From contig NC_087251.1 of assembly GCF_037042905.1 (NCBI RefSeq), forward strand, positions 35,714,001 through 35,774,000: DNA of 60,000 nt, given 5' to 3'. Positions 47,831-59,341 of the stretch are shown here, piece after piece (the first letter of the stretch is position 1; each line of letters starts with the position of its first letter). Made by a program: the position numbers and the translations under genes. This DNA comes from Lytechinus pictus (lineage: Eukaryota). The notes under the pieces were generated by a model that was given only the letters and a program-made list of their open reading frames with translations, was not told where the DNA came from and made no database searches.

Positions 47831-48961
47831 GGTACGAAAAGCTCTCTTTACACTATGCGATAAAGCTAAAAAATAACTCTCATAATCCGACATATGATTG
47901 TACATTCACGCCACGATATATTAATTTTTATACTAGTAAACCATCAGCCATCAAAACTTTTGGTTTTACGTACTAAAGAAGCTTTAACACATATACTGGA
48001 TGCTACTAACGTAGCTCCTTCCTTGATATCTAATATTCCACCATGGATGATTGCTGAACCAGTAATTGATTTTACACTAAGAACATATAAAAAGGGTTTT
48101 ACAAGTGATTTAGTTTTCCTAAATAAATTTGGAGAAATAATACATAAATATAGTAATTATCGTGCAATCTATACAGATGGATCAAAACACCAGAATAAAG
48201 TAGGTGCGGCTTGTATAAGTGGTCCTATACAAAGACAAGTTAGATTGCCAGATAGTTCTTCCATATATACTGCTGAGTTATTAGCTTTGAAAATGGCTTT
48301 AGGTGTTGTAGAAAACTGTGTCGGTAGACTTTTTGTTATTTATACAGATTCTTTGTCTTCTTTAACGGCATTACAAAATAGAAATCATAAACATCCTTAT
48401 ATTGTTCAGTTATTGGAAATTCTGTATAAAATCAATACACTAGGTAAAAGAATAATAGTTGTTTGGATACCAAGCCATACAGGTATTCAAGGTAATGAAA
48501 AAGCTGATAAGTTAGCCAAAGAAGCTTTAGATCTGGATATAACAGAAATACAGATACCTTACACTGATCTAAAATCAAAGGTTAATACTTATATTAGAAA
48601 TAAATGGCAAACATCATGGGATCTAAATCCTAATAATAAACTCCATCAACACCAACCAAGACTTGAATGACAAAATACTCTTCCATTAGCTAAACGACGG
48701 GAAGACGTCGTATTGACCCGTGCTCGTATTGGACATTCTCACTTAACACATGCATATTTACTTGCAGGAGAAAATCCACCTCAATGCATATCATGTAATT
48801 GTACACTTACAGTTAAACACATCCTCATTGAATGTGCTGATTTTGCACATATTCGTACTAACTTTTATGATGTTTCTGACCTTAAGACATTATTTAGAGA
48901 TATTTCACGATTATGTATTGTAAATTTCGTAAAGGAGATCAATCTTTTTATTAGATTTTAG
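47831..48961 (+). pseudogene. LINE ORF2 RNase H and C-terminal region
   Basis: Continues the RT frame. There is an apparent +1 frameshift in GGTTTTACG (~47965), an in-frame TGA at 48668-48670, and the likely original stop TAG at 48959-48961. Confidence 0.9.
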
Positions 48962-48969
48962 GTGGGAAA

Positions 48970-49145
48970 CCGTTTGAATCCCAATAACAACAGGTATACC
49001 CTTGGGCATGGTATTTTATTCCAATTGTCTATAGTCTTTCGGAGGAGACTCTAAGCCGTCGGTCCCGTGTAAAGGAGAGTCACACCATTTGCACGTTAAA
49101 AAACCTACTCCTCTTTTCGTAAAGAGTAGGGAAGTTATCCCGGGG
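48970..49145 (+). mobile_element. SINE-like segment (degenerate B-box and Deu/Nin-like domain) in the LINE 3' UTR
   Basis: Contains GTTTGAATCCC, CCCTTGGGCATGG and GTCTTTCGGAGGAGACTCTAAGCCGTCGGTCCCG...CACGTTAAAAAACC...TTTTCGTAAAGAGTAGGG...CCCGG. These resemble DeuSINE consensus motifs as I remember them; no alignment was run. Confidence 0.6.
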
Positions 49146-52100
49146 AAGTAGTTAACGTATTAATTTATTACTGATAATTACTAATTTATAATCCTGTTCC
49201 TTTGTAAAGTTGCATTAGGGTAATTTGTACTGTATTATAGTAACCTTTCCAGATTAACTGTCCGACACTTATATGACACGCATGTGTTGATAGTGTCGTT
49301 AATTTTTTATCAATCAATCAATCAATTATCAACCTCTGAAATTGAAACAAAATTGAAACAGATGTTCAAATTAAAACGTGTGATATTCTTTGTTAAGCAC
49401 TGCAGGAAACAACATATGTCACTATCATATAAATAAAGTGAGGTGTCAGAGAAAAACTCCACCCAAGAATCATTGATTACGAGAATGGCGGTAGTATTAT
49501 GGCCCTATATCTATAAAAAGGGAGTTTCGCAATCGCGACGGGGAGGGATTCTACAACATAGAAAATCTATTGTCAAAATCCTAATAGCAGTTCCGTCCTG
49601 GGGATTGTTTCATGGAGGGACTTGTCGGACGTTTTATCTGAAAAGCCCTGAAAAGTTACCATTTGAACTGTGCTTCTCAGCCAATCAAAATCAATGAAAG
49701 TTGTCCGATCTGACAACTTGTCGGACAAAAATACTGATGAAACACTCCTCTGGACTCTGGACAAGCGACATATTCGCAATTTTCCATCAGCTTAGAATCT
49801 TAAAACGATCAGTTGTCCCGTTTCACCAATTTTCGACAAAGAGCTCTCAGCTGTTCATTGTGATTTGACGAGCATTTTCAATAGATTTTTCCCTGTTGTA
49901 GAATCCGTCCCCGTAGCGTTGTCTGAAACTCTTTAATGATACCGAGGCATAATATCACCCCCTGTTGCACCCACAAATGTAATAACGCCCACAAATGTAA
50001 TAACACTTTACCCACAAATGTAATAAATTCACCCACAAATGTAATAATGCACTTTACCCACAAATGCAATAATTTTTGATCGCCCACAAATGTGATAATG
50101 ACTTTACCCACGAATGTAATAAATTTAAAGGGATTTTTGGAAAATCCGTTCTAAACTGAAATCCTATAGTAATACGTTCATATAGCACAAAAGTGCAAAG
50201 TCTTTTTTCCAGACCCGGTTAACTCAAAATTTGTAATATAATTCCAAAGTCTTTTTTCCAGACCCGGTTGTTTCAAAAATCATAATATAAGTCCAAAGTC
50301 TTTTTTCCAGACCCGGTTGTTTCAAAAATTATAATTTAAGTGCAAAGTCTTTTTTCCAGACCCGGTTATTTCAAAAATTAATATAAGTCCCAACTAAGAT
50401 ACGATAATGAGATTCCAGTGGAATAAAAATGAGAATCGAGCTTAGTCTTTTCTCCAGACCCAGTTAATTAAAACTGGTGGAATTAATGTCTTTGTTGTTG
50501 TTTTAACTTATACGGCGCGTATTGTGAATAAATGCGCTAAGATAATTGAGAATCAAGCATAGTCTTTTCTCCAGACCCGGTAACTAAAAACTAAAACCCT
50601 ATAGTAATGCTTTCATATAGTTGCAAAAGTGCTAAGTCTTTTTATTCCAGACACGGTTAATTCAAAAATTGTAATATAAGTCCAAAGTCTTTTTTCCAGA
50701 CCCGGTTGTTTCAAAAATTATTATTTAAGTCGAAAGTCTTTTTTCCAGACCCGGTTATTTCAAAAAATATAATATAAGTCCAAACTAAGATACGATAATG
50801 ATATTCCAGTGGAATAAAAATGAGAATCGAGCTTAGTCTTTTCTCCAGACCCAGTTAATTAAAACTGGTGGAATTAATGTCTTTGTTGTTGTTTTAACTT
50901 ATACGGCGCATATTGAGAATATATGCGCAAAGAGTAAATTCAGAATCAAACATAGTCTTTTCTCCAGACACGGTTACTAAAAACTAAAACCCTATAGAAA
51001 TGCGTTGATATAGCACAAAAGTGCAAAGCCTTTTTCCAGACCCAGTTAATCAAAAAAATATAATATAAGTCCAAAGTCTTTTTTCCAGACACGGTTGTTT
51101 CAAAAATTATAATATAAGTTCAGTCTTTTTTCCAGACCCGGTTATTTCAAAAATTATAATATAAGTCAATACTAAAATACCATAAGGATATTCCAGTGGA
51201 AAAAAATGAAAATCGAGCTTAGTCTTTTCTCCAAACCTTGTTATTCCAAAATTATAAATAACAATACAACAACAACAAAAACAGTATAAAGACCCCATAA
51301 TCTTATTAATGCTGGATAACATGGACATATATCGTAGTCTTTCAGCCAGACCCAGTTATTTTTTTTCTTCAAAATAACGCTAATAGTAATAATAAAAAAA
51401 ACCTCCAAAGCTAAGACCAAACAATCCTTCAACCTGTTTTAAAAAGAGGTTTAGAGCGTTGTCTTTATTCCAGACCTTTAGAGCGTTGTCTTTATTCCAG
51501 ACCTTATCATTAAAAAATTATGAAAATAAAATCTACTAACGTACGACCCTATCATATTCTTGTGGAATAACACGAGTTTTAAAACGTACTCTTTCCTCCA
51601 GACCCGGTTATTTAAGAAATAAATTTAAAAAACTTCAAATCTAAGACCAATCTTCAAAAGTTGCACCTAGTAAAAAAATATGTCTTTACCCCACACCAAT
51701 TTTTTTTTAAATAATACTAAGACCCCTACAAAACATTGTAATAATGAATGGGTAAAGCAAACATCCTTTCTCCAAACTTGGTTATTATTTGAAAAAAATA
51801 AAATAGTTAAAAAAATATTCTAAAACGAATACCCAATAATCTAATTACTGTGGAATAACATGAAGATCGATTGTAGACTTTCCTCCAGACACAGTTATTT
51901 CAAGAATAAAAAGCAATAAATCCCAACCCCCAACAACGAATCTAAAAACCAACAATCCGCCAAATTAGGACCATGTAGAAAATCACATGTTTAGAGCGTT
52001 GTCTTACCTGACCCAGTCATTTAAAAAATAATCTAAACCTTAAAACATAAGACTTTGTCATATTCTTATTCCTGTGGAATAACACGAGTATTATGCTTAT

Positions 52101-53309
52101 TCTTTCGTCTATACCCGGTTATTTAAAAGATTTTTTTTTTTTTATTTAAAAAATTAAAAAAATCAAAGCTAAGACCAATTTTCATAATTATAATTATGAA
52201 GATTGGTCTTGGCTTTGATTTTTTTTTCAATATTATTATAAACCCAACTCAGTTCTCTTAAAAATACAAATTAAGCGAAACATTAATTTTAAAACTTAGA
52301 CCCCTGCATCTTCCAAACTATAAAAACCCTGTGATAACGCATACCACAAAAACGACAAATTAATCATAGGCGTAAATATTCATATCTGAATGATACGCGC
52401 CTTTAAACCCAAAATAACAACAACGTTATTCTACATCAATGATATTGTGGGGTCTCTGTTAATATTGTTTGTTTGTTTTTATTGTTTCTTATAATTCCCT
52501 ATTTTGAAATAACTGGAGCAAAGACTACACCATATTTCCATGCTATTCAATGTTGATAACATTACAGGGTCTTTGTTTTGTTGTTGTGTTTTTAATGATT
52601 TTTATAACTGGGTCTGGATGAAAGACTACGCTATATTTTCAAGTTATTCAACATCAATGAGATTGTAGGGTCTTTTTTAATATTGTTCTTTATGATTTGC
52701 TATTTTGAAATAACCGGGGTTGGAACAAAGACTACACCATATTTCGATGCTGATTCCCATATTTCGCTGATCCCTGTGTTTTTCCATTAATTTTTCCCGT
52801 TTTTGCTCTTTGCTATTTTTCCAGGTTCTTTAAATTTGTGATTTATCAGGGAGGATTCCGATTTTTTTAGTTTAAAAAACGGGGGAAAAGGGAAAAAAAG
52901 TGGTAAAAAGGAGAAGAAGAAAAGAAAGAAAAAAAGGAAGAGGACAGGGGAAAAAAGGGGAAAAAGGGAGAAGAGAGAGAGGAAGAAGAAGGAGGAAGAA
53001 AGAAGTTTTTTTCCCCCCTTTCTTACCCTTTGCTAATTATCCGAGTTCTTTAATTTGGTGATTTGTCAGGGGGGACAGAAAGGAGATAAGGATGAAGAGA
53101 GAAGTTTCGTTGTTTACTTGTTGGTTTGTTTGGTTTTGTTTTCAAGTTTTGTTTTTGTTTGTTTTTTGCACTTTCATCCCATACTTTAGTTTTCGGTGTC
53201 CCGTCCCTGAAGTTTTATCAGGCCACGAATCTAGTTTACTTTTGTTTTCTCTGTTGCAGCTTACTGTAGCAGAAAAAAATTACACGCGCTGGAAGAAACA
53301 GAACGCATA

Positions 53310-53552
53310 CAAAAGAAAAAAATTAATAAAGAAAGAAAAAAAGAAAAGAAAAAAGAAAAAGAATAGAAAAAAAATAAGAGGGAAAAAGACAAAAAAGAAG
53401 AAAAATGAGAAGAAAAGAAAACAGAAGAAAAGAAAAATAAGAAAAGAAAAGGAAAAAAGGAAAAAGAAGGGGAAAAAAGAAAATAAAAGAAAAGGAAGGA
53501 AAAAGAAAAAAAAAGAGAGAGAAGAAAAAAAAGGATGGAAAAGGAAAAAAAG
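53310..53552. repeat. Polypurine (A/G) low-complexity tract; a second tract lies at ~52880-53005
   Basis: Almost exclusively A and G. Confidence 0.95.
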
Positions 53553-54084
53553 TAATAAGCTATTGAAAATGAACAAAAGCTGTGGCAAAAATAGTCAATC
53601 CTGACTGGTTGCCAACCAAGGAAAGAAGAAGAAGAAGAAGCTGTTCAATGTTGAAAAGATTGCGGGGCCTGTTTTTGGTTGTTGTTGTTGTTGTTTTGTT
53701 TTTGAATGATTTTTTTTATAACTGGGTCTGGAGGAAAGAATATGATATATTTACATTTTGTTCAACATCAATAAGGTTGTTGGGTCTTTTTTTTTTATTA
53801 TTATTATTTGCTATTTGAAATATTTGGGTCTGAAGAAAAGACTACGCTAAACTTCTATGTTTATAACAACAAAAATAAGACAAATTAATCATAGGCGTAA
53901 ATATTCATATCTGAATGATAAGCGCCTTTAAACCCAAGATAACAACAACGTTATTCAACATTAAGAAGAATTAATTTTGGGATCTTTATTTGGAAAATTG
54001 TTTAAATGTTTTTATAACTGGGTCTGGGGAAAAAAGACTGTGACTTTGCGCTATATGAACGCATTACTATAGGGTTTTAGTTTA

Positions 54085-54234
54085 ATAATAATAATATAGG
54101 GTATTTATATTGCGCACATATCCACCATGTTAGGTGCTCAAGGCGCTCCTATATTACCCGGCTAAGCTAGGCGTTCATAGCGCACACTTCCTACCGGTAC
54201 CCATTTACCTCACCTGGGTTGAGTGCAGCACTCT
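54085..54234 (-). mobile_element. 5'-truncated SINE with (TAT)n tail and GTTTA TSD, nested in the Ginger-like element
   Basis: The minus strand reads GTGCTGCACTCAACCCAGGTGAGGTAAATGGGTACC...GCGCCTTGAGCACC...GCGCAATATAAATACCCTATATTATTATTAT. GTTTA lies at 54080-54084 and 54235-54239. The uninterrupted host motif TTTTAGTTTAGAAC is at ~55182. Confidence 0.78.
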
Positions 54235-57200
54235 GTTTAGAACAGATTCGCCAAAAATCCCTTCAAATTTATAACATTTGTGGGTTTGTGGGCGATCAAA
54301 AATTATTACATTTGTGGGTAAAGTGCATTATTATATTTGTGGGTAAAGGGTTTGAGTTTTTAGTTTTAAGTAACCGGGTCTGGAGAAAAGACTATGCTTG
54401 ATTCTCAATTATCTTAGCGCATTTATTCACAATACGCGCCGTATAAGTTAAAACAACAACAAAGACATTAATTCCACCAGTTTTAATTAACTGGGTCTGG
54501 AGAAAAGACTAAGCTTGATTCTCATTTTTATTCCACGGGAATATCATTATCGTATCTTAGTTTGGACTTATATTATAATGTTCAAAATAACCGGGTCTGG
54601 AAAAAAGACTTTGCACTTATATTATAATTTTTGAAATAACTGGGTCTGGAAAAAAGAATTTGGACTTATATTATAATTTTTGAAACAACCGGGTCTGGAA
54701 AAAAGACTTTGAACTTATATTATAATTTTTGAATTAACCGAGTCTGGAAAAAAGACTTAGCACTTTTGCACTATATGAAAGCATTACTATAGGGTTTTAG
54801 TTTTTAGTTACCGGGTCTGGAGAAAAGAATATGCTTGATTCTCAATTATCTTAGTACATTCATTCACAATACGCGCCGTATAAGTTAAAACAACTACAAA
54901 GACATTAATTCCACCAGTTTTAATTAACTGGGTCTGGAGAAAAGACTAAGCTCGATTCTCATTTTTATTCCACTGGAATATCATTATCGTATCTTAGTTT
55001 GGACTTATATTATAATTTTTGAAATAACCAGGTCTGGAAAAAAGACTTTGCACTTATATTATAATTGTTTAAACAACCGGGTCTGGAAAAAGACTTTGGA
55101 CTTATGTCATAATTTTTTAATTAACCGGGTCTGGAAAAAAGACTTTGCACTTTTGGGCTATATGAACGTATTACTATAGGATTTTAGTTTAGAACGGATT
55201 CGCCAAAAATCCCTTCAAATTGATTACATTTGTGGGTAAAGTCATTATTACATTTGTGGGCGATCAAAAATTATTTCATTTGTGGGTAAAGTGCATTATT
55301 ACATTTGTGGGTAAAGTGTTATTACATTTATGGGCGTTATCACATTTGTGGGTAAAGTGTTATTACATTTGTGGGCGTTATTACATTTGTGGGCGATTAT
55401 TACATTTGTGGGTGTCACACCCCCCCCCCACACACACACCTTGATAAAGAAAAAGGACTCCTACCCCTGTGCTGCCACATGTAATTGCTGCTAGTGCAAA
55501 ATAATGATTCTAAGCGGTGCACATTAGAAGAATAATATGATATAGGCAAGCATGTGAGCACAAAGATTTTGATTATGCTAATTTCAACCTTTAGGTTGTG
55601 TAAAATATTTGATTTCTTTCTTTAAAAAAAAACTAGGAACTGAATTGAATTGAACGCCTAGCTGATCTCGACGAGACACCGTCTTTTTGTTTAAAGGTAA
55701 ACCATGGCGGTATAGCAATGGTGAAACCTTCTTTGGGAATTCCCACTTCCTACTAGGTCGTACCATACCAATGCGAGGGTCAACACATTTGTGCAATTTT
55801 TAGACGCCATTTTCGAGTCGTAAATTACCGGAGAAATCATTTCCTTCTTCATCAGAATGGTTGCCTTTTCGCGTGTCTAAGACTTTATATATGATTCTGA
55901 TTCGGGAATCTGATATAATTATGACGGTGTGGCTTCTGTTTAAGGCCATCTTTCATTTAAAATTGGATTTGTGGATAGATTGAGCATTACTTTGGCTGAG
56001 CAGTGCCAGATTTATACAGACCGATTTGACAGTCATTCATTTATGATCGGCAGCCTCTGGGGTAGGTGGTAGACCGGGATCAATCTATCAATCACAAAAG
56101 TAAGTTATTAAGGGATTATATAGATCATTATTATCATTCTACAATAATTATTTAGAGGGTTGCACACACTATAATGATTTTTAAGTTGATCCCTCCATTT
56201 TCTCAGATCTTTATAATGTTTATGATAACTTGCTTTTATAATACTTTGTTTTACTTCTGAATACTGTACCTACCTCTTTCCATATTGTTTGTTTAAGTTT
56301 CATTTCCAAAAGTCATTGTGATTATATACGACCATTTTATTTTGTTCTGTTGAAAATGAAATAAAACATTTTGAATTCGAATATGTCTTGCTCCTAGCTT
56401 GAGAATAACATTTACAATTAGACACTTTCAAGAGATTAAACACTTGCGTATACCTGACGGGACAGGAGACTGCTAGAGCCCCTCCCCCAAACACACGCAC
56501 ACAAGTTTTGTTTAATTTTTCGCCTCCGTCGTCGTTTTTTTTTCCCTCTTTGCCCCTCCTCACGAAGTTTTTTTTCAGGTACGCCACGGAACCAATTTTT
56601 TCAGGATATTCGTGATAATGATATTCGTTTGCATGTAAAATAATGACATCTTTTTTAATTTCCGTCGTAATTTCACAAAAGTTATAAGCACAATATATCT
56701 TCAATGAATCACAATATGTTACATTGACAACAATTCCGCAATTACAAGGATGAATCAAACCTTGTTTAACGTTTTCATGAGGAAAGAAATTAAGACATTT
56801 CATATGATAATAATAGAATAAAATAAAGTGAGTGATAACATCGTCTCTCCATTTGCATAATTATCATTGTGGTTGAGTTGTGTATTTAACTAATTGTTCT
56901 GTGAAAAAGAAGTTTATGGTATAATGTCATTATTTTTAAATCAATATCGATTTAAATGAATTTTTCAGCAAAATGCTTTGAGATTCTCTTTCTTTCAATC
57001 ATATTTTGGCTTGGGTGAACTTGACAGCTAAAGATTGATACCCATTTTTTTGTCCACAAAACCATCCTCTTTTGTTGTAGACCCACTCTATCTCGGGATG
57101 GGTGAAGGTAGAATTTGGCACAATATTTTATTTTCTGTAAATAGATGTACGAAGTCTGCAAAATAGGTCCTCCATAATTTACTATATGTGACTTGATTTG

Positions 57201-59341
57201 CATTACTATTATGTCAAAACTATTACAGGTTTATTCTGGTATTTAATCAAAACATTGGGGTCATTGTATACCTTTCTAATATTTTATGTTCATCAGTACG
57301 TCTTATGCTATTTGCCCTTATTATGATTGTGTAGGCGCGGTTCTAGATTAAAGATTTTGGTGGGGCTTGAGAAATTTTCTGATGTTGGTTTATTCAGTAC
57401 ATCGGAAATGGCCCATCGTGGGCAGCACTATCCTGATCTGACCAAGCCACTAGTCCCCGCCCCAGCCCCCCAAAATCCCTAATATTATGCGACGGAGCGT
57501 ATCGACCGAGCCCCAAAAAAAATCACAATTTTGAAATGCTTGAGTATGTTGAGAACGTTTTTCATAACCATTTAATCTACTTGTGTAACACCAATCAGGT
57601 CGTGAGTGCTGTTATACACGTTGACACCGGCGTACATAGCAAAATAAAAAATAAAAATCGCACCAACCCCCTTCAAAATGATTTCAGGGAATTTAATGAC
57701 CGAGGGAAGATTTTCGAGGTGAAGTCAAGCATTTGGAGTAATTAATTATGAACTTCCAAAATTGTAAATCTACAATATGTTTAAATTCCTGAATATAGAA
57801 TAAGCAACATGCAGAAAGGCTGCAAAAGAATATAATTTAGTCTACACAATAGAGTATTGCATAGAATAGAGTAAAATCACTCTACTTGAAACAGAGGCGT
57901 CGAACCTGGGGGCAGCGCGATCGCCCCTATAGATATTGGGGGACAACATAGTGATTTTTAAACTTGAAAACTTTGTAGTATTTGATGCAAAAACATGTCT
58001 GAAAAAGCACTATGAAACCGTTATACTTGATATTAAAATACTCTCAAACATATATAGTAGAAACCTGCGAAGTTCCACAGATGAATTATTATCCAGACCT
58101 CCTTTCGCTGTGCCCCCCCCCCCCCCCCCCCCGGATCTGCTAGTACCCTCTAAAATATTCTGTATGTATATATTTTTAGCGTCGGTTTAGATGAAAGAGA
58201 AAAATACGAGAGACAATGTAAAACGCCAAAACAGATTTTGCGTTCATGATTATTGCCGTTTATATTTTACATATACATGCATCTATATTTGAGGTTTGTC
58301 TCTAAGCGTGTGTGTTATAAGCAAGAATAATGAGATGTGTGTTGATTCAATTATCAACCTCTGAAATTGAAACAAAATTGAAACAGATGCTCAAATTAAA
58401 AGGTGTGATATTCTTTGTTAAGCACTGCAGGAAACAACATATGTCACGATCATATAAATAAAGTGAGGTGTCAGAGAAACACTCCACCCAAGAATCATTG
58501 ATTACGAGGATGGTGGTAGTATTATGGCCCTATATCGATAAAAAGGGAGTTTCGCAATCGCGACGGGGAGGGATTCTACAACATAGAAAATCTATTGTCA
58601 AAATCCCTTCATGACGAGTTCGTCGAAAATCGGTGAATCCTAATAGCAGTTCCGTCCTGGGGATTGTTTCATGGAGGGACTTGTCGGACGTTTTATCTAA
58701 AAAGCCCTATTTTATCCGGCAGTTACCATTTGAACTGTGCTTCTCAGCCAATCAAAATCAATGAAAGTTGTCCGATCTGACAACTTGTCGGACAAAAATA
58801 CTGATGAAACACTCCTCTGGACTCTGGACAAGCGACATATTCGCAATTTTCCATCAGCTCAGAATCTTAAAACGATCAGTTGTCCCGTTTCACCAATTTT
58901 CGACAAAGAGCTCTCAGCTGTTCATTGTGATTTGACGAGCATTTTCAATAGATTTTTCCCTGTTGTAGAATCCGTCCCCGTAGCGTTGTCTGAAACTCGT
59001 TAATGATACCGAGGCAAAACATGCATCGTGCTAAAAAATATAAAAATAAAAGTAAATAAATAAATAAATGAAGCATCGTTGTTGTACATGTTCATTGCAG
59101 TTCTAAAATGATGAATGAATGGGAGCGGCTAAATTGTAAAAAAGTAAAACATCTGGAATGTCAAAATATTGAAGCCCGATAATGAAGTTCTGAAGTAGAT
59201 AATTTGTTTGTTTATCGCCCGTCTGCAATTTTCTCCTACCATGCCTACCAACTTTTCTCCCCGGGCGTCAAAATATCGAAAGGCTATTACATAATAACTG
59301 ACAACGGCTCGTGTAACCATGGTAACTGGGATATAATATGA

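Larger units (their letters stand above)
45709..49325 (+). mobile_element. 5'-truncated I/Nimb-group LINE (RT, RNase H, C-terminal Cys/His motif) with (ATCA)n tail
   Basis: Begins EKAYDTTW and contains GVPQGSILS, LFVDD, the RNase H motifs YTDGSK/AELLAL/YTDSLS/WIPSHTGIQGNEKAD, and CISCNC..TVKHILIEC. The tail is ATCAATCAATCAATCAAT. Confidence 0.93.
49963..55419. mobile_element. 5.46-kb non-autonomous foldback element with TGT...ACA termini (Ginger-like)
   Basis: Termini TGTTGCACCCACAAATGTAATAA and TTATTACATTTGTGGGTGTCACA, flanked by C-runs (4-5-bp TSD). The ~1-kb inverted arms consist of CCCACAAATGTAATA repeats and ~43-bp TTCCAGACCCGGTT repeats. Empty sites at ~30960 and ~43112. Confidence 0.85.

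Noticed and set aside
53092..53604. Lys/Arg-rich 170-aa ORF
   Set aside because: It is an artefact of the polypurine tract.
56300..56803. 167-aa minus-strand ORF
   Set aside because: It is frameshifted at homopolymer runs in the sister copies and has no recognisable domain.
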